Below the pieces are notes generated by a model. That model had not been told where the DNA came from, made no database searches, and saw only the letters and a program-made list of their open reading frames with translations. A stretch of DNA of 19,450 nt, taken from positions 1 through 19,450 of the forward strand of contig CAVXXK010000010.1 of assembly GCA_963765675.1 (NCBI GenBank), given 5' to 3'. Below, in pieces: positions 1 to 8,192 of this stretch; positions within the stretch are counted from its first letter, which is position 1; every line of letters begins with the position of its first letter. Made by a program: the position numbers and the translations under genes. Source of the stretch: an uncultured delta proteobacterium (GTDB lineage Bacteria > Desulfobacterota > Binatia > Binatales > Binataceae).

Positions 1-144
1 CGCCAGCAGGGCCTAGGCGACGAGAGCTGCTCGGAAAAACTTAGGTGCGTGCCAACTGACGCGGAGTCTGGCGTGCTCGACTTTCGGTAAGCGCTTGGGC
101 GGTTTGAACTTCGCGAGAAAGGAATCCAGCGGGTCGTCAAGCCG

Positions 145-2664
145 TCATTTGCCTGGGGCCACGTTCCTCAAGACTTTTCGCGCCTCATCTTGACTAAGTG
201 TTGTGTCGTAAAGACCAACTTCTTTGTCGTCTCCGTGCTTGTCGATGCCGGTGTAGGTCAGGCTCGAATCTTCGTAGCGTTTGAATTTGAAGACCGCATC
301 ATTCATAAGACCGCTGTTGAACACATCGAGGCTCACAAGGAGTTCGAACTCCTTCACGGTCAAGCCGGTGACCTTTTTGAACAAGGCCGGTTCCAATTGC
401 CTGATGACATCCTTCAAGCACCGCTCTCGGTAGTCGGTAAGATACATAAAGACAGGGATTCGGGTTGCGAACTTGATGAGTTTCTCCTGAATCTGCTTCC
501 GTTTATTCTTGTAATCCTTTTCTTCGTCGCTTAGCTTCTTCTTTTCACTCGCCGATAGTTCCTTGTCGTTCGCCTCCTTTCGAGCCTTCTTGACCGCTTC
601 CGACTTGTTGATGATCGTCTCGATGTCCTGATTCAGGTTGCGGAATCCCTCGATATTCTGGAGCGCGGCCATCGCCGCGCTGTTATTCATGAGTCGTTTC
701 AGAGTGTCGTTGTCCACATTCACAAGCAGCGCGCTTTCCCATCGGCGGGCCAATAGTGTCGCGGTTGTTCCGCTCATCGCTATATCAAGGATGCCGGCGG
801 CGTCGATCCGCTTCATAGAACTGCCGTCGTAGGCCAGGACCGGCAGGAAGCTGATGAATTCCGCCACTTTCTTTTCCGGATTGGACTCGTTCACGTTCAG
901 GCGACAACTGTAGTCGGCGATCTGCCGCAAAGCCCGATCCGGAGCGAAGTCGAAGACGTAGCATTCCTCCTTTATGATCTGTTCCTCATTTGGCGACGCG
1001 CCATCCGGGTTGCTGATCGTCCATGGTGATTGGACTCTGAAGGCGGCTTGAAAATATGTCTCGGGGCTGGACGAGTTTCGCAGCATGAGAATGCCCGTCC
1101 AAGGTTTTACGGTCACGCCAGTTATCAGTTTGCCGCACAAAAGCGTGATGGTTTTGGTTCGCAGAGGATCGTCCATGGCCTCCAGTACGGGTGGCAAGGC
1201 CGCGGCGCCGATACCGGCGTCGCTTCCCGCAGCCACAACAACCCTGTAGTCGTGATAGAAACGATTCTGTTTTTTCGCCAGCAGGTTACGCATCGCATGG
1301 CACGATGCGATGCTGGGCAGGAACCAGAACGTGTGCGAAAGGACATTCAGCAATCGCGCATCCGAGAACGGCATCGGCGGCTTCTGCGCCCCGAGCTTCA
1401 AATTATCCACGCTGGTCGCTATGAATCCGCCCCGAATCAGATCAAGCCATTTCTGGACCTCGTCCTCATAGTTGAATTTTGCCTTCTCCCCAACGCCGGT
1501 CGCCGAGAAGAACACATTAAGGTCGAATTCGTTGAACTCGCCCTGGTGTGCAACCTCGCGAATCGCATCCGGCAATTGATAGGTCAACAGAACCATGCGC
1601 GGGAGCGCCTTGTACGGGTTGTCCGGGCCCTTCCAATCCCGCTTGGCGCGCTGCTCATCAGAATACGTCCAGTTGAATATCTGCTCTTCGATGAACTCTC
1701 CGGACGCGATGGCCCGGAACGGCGTTCCGGACAGATAGAGATAGCCACCAGTCGTGATAGGCATGATCTCTTCATCGAAGTCTTCGATCCCTTTGCCGGT
1801 TCCAAACTCAACTTCTTTCGCGTCCTCGCCTTCAAATAAATCCTTCGCGTTTTCACGCCATGCGCCGTAGTGGTATTCATCCAGGATGACGCAGTCCCAG
1901 TTGATCGCGTGGACCCATTCGTTCTTGGTTTTGATTCCGCCGGAACCGGGGTTTCGTCCAAGGTAATCCTGAAACGATCCAAAGCACACGAAAGGTTTTT
2001 TCTTATCGGCTTCCTCGTATGAGAGTCCACCGGGCTTGATGAACTGCCAGCCCCGGAAGTCGACGTGGCATTTCAGATCGCTTTCCCACTCTGTTTGGAC
2101 GGCGGGCTTAAAGGTGAGGACCAGAACCTTCCGCCAACCCATCTTTAGCGCCAGTTGGTACGCGGTGAAGGTTTTCCCGAATCGCATCTTGGCGTTCCAG
2201 AGGAAATGCGGTGGCTTGTCGTGATTTTCCTTTCGGAAACTCCTGAAGTATGCGGCGGTTTTTTCGACCGCCGCTTTCTGTTCGGGCCGCATCTTGAAAT
2301 CAAGCGTCCGGTTTTCCTCGTTCAATTGACCCGCTCTGACGGCAATGATCGCCGCCTTCACCTCCTCGACGGCACACTGAAACCATTCCCCGCCGGGATT
2401 CTTGATTTCGGCGTCGCGAAGGTAGCGGTGAACGTCATGATCCGTGAACACCGTCCCGTCATTTCGCATCGCGGACTCTTCCAGGACGATCTGATAAGGC
2501 GGTTTGCCGGGCCGCAATGTTGGATACTGCTGCGCAACGCGGCTTCGCGCGCTCACTGTGGTGTATCCGACTTTTAGCAAACCCGCGTACTCAGGGTTGG
2601 TGTCTTCGTAAGCGTAGATCGTCGGCGTCGTTTGAGGCCGCGGCGGAAAGAAATCCTTACTCAC
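145..2664 (-). CDS. Restriction endonuclease/helicase: N-terminal GIY-YIG/T5orf172-like nuclease fused to an SF2 (ResIII-like) helicase
   Basis: 839 aa. N-terminus IYAY...LLKVGYT...RV...GEWF fits a GIY-YIG/T5orf172-type nuclease. Walker A-like NAKMRFGKT, Walker B DEYH, motif III LSGTP, motif VI-like YFQAAFRVQ. GTG start overlaps the MTase stop by 8 bp. Confidence 0.85.
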   Translation of the reverse strand: MSKDFFPPRPQTTPTIYAYEDTNPEYAGLLKVGYTTVSARSRVAQQYPTLRPGKPPYQIVLEESAMRNDGTVFTDHDVHRYLRDAEIKNPGGEWFQCAVEEVKAAIIAVRAGQLNEENRTLDFKMRPEQKAAVEKTAAYFRSFRKENHDKPPHFLWNAKMRFGKTFTAYQLALKMGWRKVLVLTFKPAVQTEWESDLKCHVDFRGWQFIKPGGLSYEEADKKKPFVCFGSFQDYLGRNPGSGGIKTKNEWVHAINWDCVILDEYHYGAWRENAKDLFEGEDAKEVEFGTGKGIEDFDEEIMPITTGGYLYLSGTPFRAIASGEFIEEQIFNWTYSDEQRAKRDWKGPDNPYKALPRMVLLTYQLPDAIREVAHQGEFNEFDLNVFFSATGVGEKAKFNYEDEVQKWLDLIRGGFIATSVDNLKLGAQKPPMPFSDARLLNVLSHTFWFLPSIASCHAMRNLLAKKQNRFYHDYRVVVAAGSDAGIGAAALPPVLEAMDDPLRTKTITLLCGKLITGVTVKPWTGILMLRNSSSPETYFQAAFRVQSPWTISNPDGASPNEEQIIKEECYVFDFAPDRALRQIADYSCRLNVNESNPEKKVAEFISFLPVLAYDGSSMKRIDAAGILDIAMSGTTATLLARRWESALLVNVDNDTLKRLMNNSAAMAALQNIEGFRNLNQDIETIINKSEAVKKARKEANDKELSASEKKKLSDEEKDYKNKRKQIQEKLIKFATRIPVFMYLTDYRERCLKDVIRQLEPALFKKVTGLTVKEFELLVSLDVFNSGLMNDAVFKFKRYEDSSLTYTGIDKHGDDKEVGLYDTTLSQDEARKVLRNVAPGK

Positions 2665-4165
2665 CGTTCGCCTCCATCGGGCGAATCTTCGATTCGATAA
2701 AAGCGATTTCTTCTCGGCTTAGCCCGTAGCGTTGGTAGAGTGACTCATCTGTCCATCGTTTTGTCATGTCTAGGATAGGAATAAACGCGTACGTGTCTTT
2801 GGTTATGCCATGCGAATACATAAACAGGGACATCAGGAAACGGAAGAAACGCGTTTTCATATACGCCAATAAATTGTCTGCTTGCTGCCGCGTTTCGTAA
2901 GTTCCTATGACTAGGTACGTTTCCGTACATATCGTGCCAGGCGGCAATACAATCGTCTTTGCGAGAACCCTCCGCGTGCCGTCAGTGCCTGGATTCCCGG
3001 CATGCTCATGTCCAGAGCGAGACGAGATCACTTTCCATCTATCGATCATCTCGACGCCGACTGTAATGTCTTTCCGTTTGTAAGGACCTTCGCCTTTCTG
3101 CCAGTGCAGTATGATGTCGCCTGATTTCTGTGGCTTTGCGTACGTCCGTAGGCCGAACGGCTTATAAGAAGACACCTGGTCGCTCATACGCTTCTCTTTT
3201 CGAGCTAGTATCTTTCGAATAATTGGAACAGCTTGACTATGCCTGATGAACGTACTGAATTCATTTAGATTTCTGGTGGCGGCCGCTTCGACTTCATTGT
3301 GCATATTCACTATTTCGCATGGGCCGTTGTAATCTCTTTCCCACAGGAAATAACAAATTCCCCCTGCTACGCTTACTCCTGGAAAGACTTCTGAGGAGTC
3401 TTCGAAATCCACAATTTTCCGAATATGGTTATCGTTCAGCATTTGGACACGGAAATCATCCAACCCCTTCCCGCCTCCAAACCAGCGGGAAGGGATAATC
3501 ATCGTAAGATAACGCGGGGCCAACTTCTTGGCCTGCTGAACGAAATCCTGATAGATAGGTGAAGCGCTCCGCCCGTACCCGCCATCGCTGAGCTGATATG
3601 GCGGATTACCGATGATCACATCGAATTTCATTTTGAAAATCTCCTCGGGCTTCTTGGTATGAATGAAGCGATAGGCGTGCGTTTCTAATTCAGGTCCCCT
3701 TGCGTAGCCTTCCTTATTGGCTCCACAAAACTGACATCGCCCATCCCGCCAGGCGTGCTCGACACGCTTGAATAGGATGTTTCCCTCCGGATTGTCGAAC
3801 GCCTCACAGACCGAGTACTTTCCGTTCGCTGTTTTGGAGCAATATACCGAGCGGCGGGACATCAGCGCGGTCAGTTCCGTGATGGCAAGACCGTAAAGCT
3901 GGCTCTTGAAGATGTGGTTTATTCGCTTTTGCCGATCGGGAAGTTCTTTTTCCAGTCCTTGATCGAGGCGCTTTGCGATCTCGCGCAAAAAGACGCCGGA
4001 TTTGCAGGCCGGATCGAGAAAACGCGCGTTCTGGTCACACCAGATTTCGGTGGGCAGGAGATCAAGAATGCGGTTTGCCAGTAGCGGCGGAGTAAAGACC
4101 TCGTCGCTGCTGAGATTCGCCAGACAACTCAACACGTCCGGGTTGTAGTTATCGCTGTCGCTCAT
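2657..4165 (-). CDS. N6-adenine DNA methyltransferase (Eco57I-like methylase domain) with probable C-terminal target recognition region
   Basis: 502 aa. EVFTP (motif X), FLDPACKSGVFL (motif I), FDVIIGNPPY (motif IV), MIIPSRW. Overlaps both neighbouring ORFs. Confidence 0.88.
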   Translation of the reverse strand: MSDSDNYNPDVLSCLANLSSDEVFTPPLLANRILDLLPTEIWCDQNARFLDPACKSGVFLREIAKRLDQGLEKELPDRQKRINHIFKSQLYGLAITELTALMSRRSVYCSKTANGKYSVCEAFDNPEGNILFKRVEHAWRDGRCQFCGANKEGYARGPELETHAYRFIHTKKPEEIFKMKFDVIIGNPPYQLSDGGYGRSASPIYQDFVQQAKKLAPRYLTMIIPSRWFGGGKGLDDFRVQMLNDNHIRKIVDFEDSSEVFPGVSVAGGICYFLWERDYNGPCEIVNMHNEVEAAATRNLNEFSTFIRHSQAVPIIRKILARKEKRMSDQVSSYKPFGLRTYAKPQKSGDIILHWQKGEGPYKRKDITVGVEMIDRWKVISSRSGHEHAGNPGTDGTRRVLAKTIVLPPGTICTETYLVIGTYETRQQADNLLAYMKTRFFRFLMSLFMYSHGITKDTYAFIPILDMTKRWTDESLYQRYGLSREEIAFIESKIRPMEANGE

Positions 4166-4805
4166 TAGCCATTTCTAGAAAATGCACTGGTGGATACTCC
4201 TGGGCCGGCCGAGGAATGAATACGTCTTCCCCGAGATCCGAGAAAAGCGGAAGCTCTTTTGTCCCTTCATGCGTCAGAAGGCCCCGGAACGTAAAGTCGC
4301 GCCTCTTAAGCATGTTGCCGTTGACCGGTGACCATTCCGAGAAGAGAATATATTCCGGCTTATCTCCGACGGTCTTAAGCGTCAGAGCGTCTCCCCGGAT
4401 AATGTTTCGCTCAAGAATGAACCGGACCGCCTCGCGGCATCTGTTCTTGGCCTTGTTCCTGAACAGGCGGCTGTAGTTCCATTCGAATGCCCCGAAAAGC
4501 CGATGCCTGCACTGCTGGATGTTATCCTCGAGGATATCGATACCGTAGATCGACGATACCGCGAGAACGGCGTAGCGCTCGTACTCCACTTGTGACCTGC
4601 CGTAGCGCCTCTCGACGACCCGCAGCTTCCGCTCCAGAATCGCCGTCAGGAAATTTCCGTTTCCGCACGCCGGCTCAAGGAACCTCGACTCGATCCGCTC
4701 GGTCTCCTGCTTGACCAGATCGAGCATCGCGTTGACCTCGCGGTGACCCGTCAACACTTCGCCGTGGTCCAAAACCCGCTGTTTCGATACGACCTGCCTA
4801 TCCAT
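4149..4805 (-). CDS. Short SAM-dependent DNA methyltransferase-like protein (SAM-binding half only)
   Basis: 218 aa. GEVLT, FLEPACGNGNFL (motif I), IYGIDI (motif II), GDAL (motif III); no N/DPPY. First gene of the RM operon. Confidence 0.8.
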   Translation of the reverse strand: MDRQVVSKQRVLDHGEVLTGHREVNAMLDLVKQETERIESRFLEPACGNGNFLTAILERKLRVVERRYGRSQVEYERYAVLAVSSIYGIDILEDNIQQCRHRLFGAFEWNYSRLFRNKAKNRCREAVRFILERNIIRGDALTLKTVGDKPEYILFSEWSPVNGNMLKRRDFTFRGLLTHEGTKELPLFSDLGEDVFIPRPAQEYPPVHFLEMANERQR

Positions 4806-4851
4806 AGATCCAGTGAACCCTTAGTCAAATAGATACCAATTTTTGAATTAA

Positions 4852-4873
4852 GTGGAACAGGCTTCAGCCTGTG
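4852..4873 (+). repeat. REP family 1 copy (GTGG-AACAGGCT-TC-AGCCTGTG), distant from the RAYT
   Basis: Two differences from the consensus GTGGCACAGGCTTTAGCCTGTG at 11320; flanks TTAA and TCTTC also match the copies at 11900 and 18485. Confidence 0.8.
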
Positions 4874-4940
4874 TCTTCGCTCTCTACCAACTCGTTGCCC
4901 CGCGAGCTGTGAGCGGCCACCGGAAAAACCAACGCCTCGA

Positions 4941-5013
4941 AGACGGGCGGCTCCCGAGCCGCCCCTACGAAAAACTGATTCGCTCGTACGGGCGCGCCGA
5001 GATGCGCCCGGCT
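4941..5013. repeat. REP family 3 inverted doublet (GTAG-type, REPIN-like)
   Basis: 4945-4968 is the reverse complement of GTAGGGGCGGCTCGGGAGCCGCCC, followed by a short spacer and degenerate GTACGGGCGCGCCGAGATGCGCCC. The same doublet occurs in opposite orientation at 14667-14739. Confidence 0.75.
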
Positions 5014-5067
5014 CTTCACCCCCTCCCTTCCTTCGTGTCTTTGTGTCTTAGTGGCCGGTTGATTCTG

Positions 5068-6003
5068 CTATGCACTTCCGCCCGACGCGCGGGCTTGTCC
5101 CACGAGCGACGCCGCGAGCGCGGTCAAATCATTCTCGTCGTAATAGTCCAATTCTATCCGGCCGGGATTCTTTCCTCGACGGCGCACAATCCTGACCTTG
5201 CGCTTCAGCGCGCGCTGGATTCCTTCCGCCAATGCATTGAGATTCGGGTCATTCGACGGATGCGACGATCGCGACGCGCCCGGGCGCTTGCGCCGATGCT
5301 CCCCCGCTAGCGCTTCGGCGCCGCGCGCGGTGATTTTGCCCGCGACGATCTCGGCCGCCGCGATAAGTTGCTCTTCTTCCGACGCGAGCGACAGCAACGG
5401 TCGCGCCTGGCCCGCGCTCAGCTCGCCGCGCACCATCATTTCGAGAACATCGATCGGCAGTTCCAGAAGACGAATCGCGTTGCTGACGTAGGGCCGGCTC
5501 TTGCCGATTCGCGCCGCGATTTCCTCATGCTGAATCTGGAATTCGGCATGCAGCCGCTTGAACGCCCGCGCCTCCTCGACCGCGTTCAGATCCTCGCGCG
5601 ACAGATTCTCGACGATCGACATCTCGAGCGCGCCGCGATCGTCGAGCTCGCGAATCACCACCGGCACCGCGTCGAGTCCCGCGATCTTCGCGGCGCGCAG
5701 CCTCCTCTCGCCCGCGATCAGCTCGTAGCGCTGCGGACCGGATACGGGAGCGGCGCCGCTTGCGAGCCGCACGATCAGCGGCTCGATCACGCCCTGGCTC
5801 GCGATCGCGCGCGCCAGCTCCTGGAGCCGTTCGGAATCGAAGACGAGCCGCGGCTGAAACGGACCCGGAGAAATCTGCTCGAGCGGCGCCATCACGATTC
5901 GCGCGCCGCTCTCCTGTGCCGCATTCGCTACCGACGCAGCGTCGGCAACCGTATTTTCGATCAGCGCGTCGAGTCCGCGGCCGAGCGGTCGTCGATTAAG
6001 CAT
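5068..6003 (-). CDS. parB: Chromosome partitioning protein ParB/Spo0J
   Basis: LGRGLDAL N-terminus, FQPR, GVIEPLIVR, LIAGERRLRAA (CTPase box), ENLSREDLNAVEEA, HTH IGKSRPYVSNAIRLL; directly downstream of parA. Confidence 0.97.
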   Translation of the reverse strand: MLNRRPLGRGLDALIENTVADAASVANAAQESGARIVMAPLEQISPGPFQPRLVFDSERLQELARAIASQGVIEPLIVRLASGAAPVSGPQRYELIAGERRLRAAKIAGLDAVPVVIRELDDRGALEMSIVENLSREDLNAVEEARAFKRLHAEFQIQHEEIAARIGKSRPYVSNAIRLLELPIDVLEMMVRGELSAGQARPLLSLASEEEQLIAAAEIVAGKITARGAEALAGEHRRKRPGASRSSHPSNDPNLNALAEGIQRALKRKVRIVRRRGKNPGRIELDYYDENDLTALAASLVGQARASGGSA

Positions 6004-6009
6004 CGTGGA

Positions 6010-6831
6010 TCATCCTCCTGCGGGCGCCGGCGCGACGCCTTCGATTCGTTCGATAATTTCCGCGGCGAGCGTGCGGTAGCCCTCGGCCCCTGACGAGCGC
6101 GGGTCGTACTCGATCGCGGACAGGCCATGGCTCGGGCTCTCGGACAGGCGCACGTTGCGCGGAATCACGCTGCGGAAAACCTTGTCTGGAAAATGCTGCC
6201 GCACCTCGCGCGCGATTTCATGCGACAGCCGGTTGCGCGAATCGAACATCGTCAGCACCAGACCCTCGATCTCGAGACCCGGACTGAGCGCGAGCTTGAC
6301 CTTGCGAATCGTCGCGAGCAGCGAGCTCAGCCCCTCGAGCGCGTAGTACTCGCACTGCATCGGAACCAGAACCGAGTCGGCGGCGACGAGTGCATTGAGG
6401 GTGAGAATGCCGAGCGAGGGCGGCGAGTCGATTAAAACATAGTTATATTCTAATGCGACCGCTTCCAACAACAACCGCAAACGCCGTTCTCGCCCCTCCA
6501 TCGTCGCCAACTCGATCTCGGCGCCGACCAGGTCGCCTCCCGACGGCGCGAGGAACAGGTTCGGGCGCATCTCGCATACCACTTCGCCGAGCGGAGCGCC
6601 AAGGACCAGCGAGTCGTAGATTGTCTTCTGCGGCGATGGCGCGGGCTCAGATTCCTTGCCGGGATCCGGTTCCCTAACGATCGTTAGGCCAGAGGTGGCG
6701 TTGCCCTGCGGATCGAGATCGACCAGCAGCACGCGCCGGCCGCTCTGTGCGAGCGCCACCGCGAGATTGATCGCAGTGGTGGTCTTTCCGACTCCGCCTT
6801 TCTGATTGGCAATTGCGATAACCCGCCCCAC
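6010..6831 (-). CDS. parA: Chromosome partitioning ATPase ParA/Soj
   Basis: IANQKGGVGKTTT deviant Walker A, DLDPQGNAT, IDSPPSLG, QCEYYALEG, IPRNVRLSESPSHG. GTG start. Confidence 0.97.
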   Translation of the reverse strand: MGRVIAIANQKGGVGKTTTAINLAVALAQSGRRVLLVDLDPQGNATSGLTIVREPDPGKESEPAPSPQKTIYDSLVLGAPLGEVVCEMRPNLFLAPSGGDLVGAEIELATMEGRERRLRLLLEAVALEYNYVLIDSPPSLGILTLNALVAADSVLVPMQCEYYALEGLSSLLATIRKVKLALSPGLEIEGLVLTMFDSRNRLSHEIAREVRQHFPDKVFRSVIPRNVRLSESPSHGLSAIEYDPRSSGAEGYRTLAAEIIERIEGVAPAPAGG

Positions 6832-6851
6832 AGCCAGCCCACCTCGCGCGA

Positions 6852-6867
6852 CGTTTCACGTGAAACG
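6852..6867. promoter_or_regulatory. parS: parS centromere-like site
   Basis: CGTTTCACGTGAAACG, matching the canonical GTTTCACGTGAAAC core, within a 22-bp perfect palindrome (6849-6870) just upstream of parA. Confidence 0.93.
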
Positions 6868-6968
6868 TCGACGGGTCCATTAGACGCCGCGCGATCGCGA
6901 AAAGCAAAGCGCGCGCACGGCGGGAATCCACAGCTATCGCAAGTCAGGCGAGATCTGATCGAGCGCGG

Positions 6969-7691
6969 TCAGCTCTCTTTGAGCCAGAGGGCGAGGGCGC
7001 GGACGATTTTCTCACCGCCACGAGAGAGCTCGTAACGCGGCGACAAGAGCCCGGTCAATCCTGCGGCCGAGGCAGCGTCGTTGTCGACCTCCTGCCCGGC
7101 TGCGAGGTAGGCCAACGCGATCCCGCCAGGTCTGAGCGCCATCCGCGCGAGCTCAAAAAATTCGGGCATCACGCCGACTGCGCGGATCGTGATCAGATCG
7201 AACCCGCCGACCGATAGACCGGTTGGCGTTCCTCGCGTATGGACAATCGTCACGTTCGGCAACTCCATCGCGGCGGCGGCGGTCTCGAGGAAGCTCACGC
7301 GCTTGCGTCGCGCCTCGATCAGCACGGTCTCGAGCCCAGTTGCGGCGGCGAGAATCAGACCGGGGAAGCCGGCACCGCTGCCTACATCTATCAGTCGGCA
7401 GCCTGGGCTGAGCACGCGCCCGAGGACGGAGTCGGGCTGCTTCCTGGCCATCCAGAAGGGGGCGAGCGAATCCATCACGTGGAACAGAATCTCGTCCGGG
7501 TTCTTCGGCGAGGCGGTCAGGTTGATTTTCTGCCCCCACAGCGCCAGATGGGACGCGAATGTCCCGACCTTTTCGGACAGTGTTACAGAGACATCGTGGA
7601 AGCCGGCATCGAGCAGGATGCGCTCAAGCTTGCTCCGGACGACGTGGCCGATTTGGTTGACGTCGGGATCATTTGGCGGTCGACGTTTCAC
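6969..7691 (-). CDS. rsmG: 16S rRNA m7G527 methyltransferase RsmG (GidB)
   Basis: WGQKINLTA, HVMDSL, IDVGSGAGFPG, IEARRKRVSFL, FDLITIRAV; lies between mnmG and parA. Start uncertain (the called GTG is inside parS). Confidence 0.93.
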   Translation of the reverse strand: MKRRPPNDPDVNQIGHVVRSKLERILLDAGFHDVSVTLSEKVGTFASHLALWGQKINLTASPKNPDEILFHVMDSLAPFWMARKQPDSVLGRVLSPGCRLIDVGSGAGFPGLILAAATGLETVLIEARRKRVSFLETAAAAMELPNVTIVHTRGTPTGLSVGGFDLITIRAVGVMPEFFELARMALRPGGIALAYLAAGQEVDNDAASAAGLTGLLSPRYELSRGGEKIVRALALWLKES

Positions 7692-7699
7692 GTGAAACG
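7684..7699. promoter_or_regulatory. parS: parS centromere-like site
   Basis: CGTTTCACGTGAAACG (18-bp palindrome 7683-7700) at the mnmG/rsmG junction. Confidence 0.93.
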
Positions 7700-7703
7700 T
7701 GGG

Positions 7704-8192
7704 TCAGGGCGCGCGAAAGGCTCGCTCGCGGCCGCCTTTGATATGGACCGCCAAGAGCGAGATCGCGGCTGGCGTGACCCCGGGCATCCGCGCTGCCTGC
7801 CCGAGCGATTGCGGGCGCACCGCCGACAGGCGCTCGCGCACCTCCGTCGAGAGGCCGGTCACGGCAGCGAAGTCGACCCAGTCGGGGATAGCGGCATCCT
7901 CGAGGCGCTTGAAGCGCTCGATCGCTTCGGCCTGGCGCTTCACGTAGCCGTCGTACTTGACATCGATTTCGAGCTCGGCAGCTTCGTCGAGCGTCAGCAT
8001 GACCGACTCGTCGAGCATCCTCATCAGGGTCGAGTACGAAATTTCTGGCCGACGCAGAAGCTCGATCGCTCGTGACGGATGCACGATCGGCGTCGAGTCG
8101 GCAGCCGCTAGCATCGCGTTAACGCGGTCGCTCGCGGGCACGGTGATCGAGCCGAGCCTCGCGAGCTCCGCCACAACATGAGCGGCCTTCAG
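7704..8192 (-). CDS. mnmG: MnmG (GidA) C-terminal part, out of frame with the N-terminal part
   Basis: [56 protein letters not shown] are the MnmG C-terminal domain; removing one base near 8193 joins it to the upstream frame. Confidence 0.88.
   Translation of the reverse strand: MKAAHVVAELARLGSITVPASDRVNAMLAAADSTPIVHPSRAIELLRRPEISYSTLMRMLDESVMLTLDEAAELEIDVKYDGYVKRQAEAIERFKRLEDAAIPDWVDFAAVTGLSTEVRERLSAVRPQSLGQAARMPGVTPAAISLLAVHIKGGRERAFRAP

Noticed and set aside
1-144. Terminator or gene downstream of the RM helicase
   Set aside because: No convincing hairpin with U-tract and no recognisable coding signal in the short stretch available.
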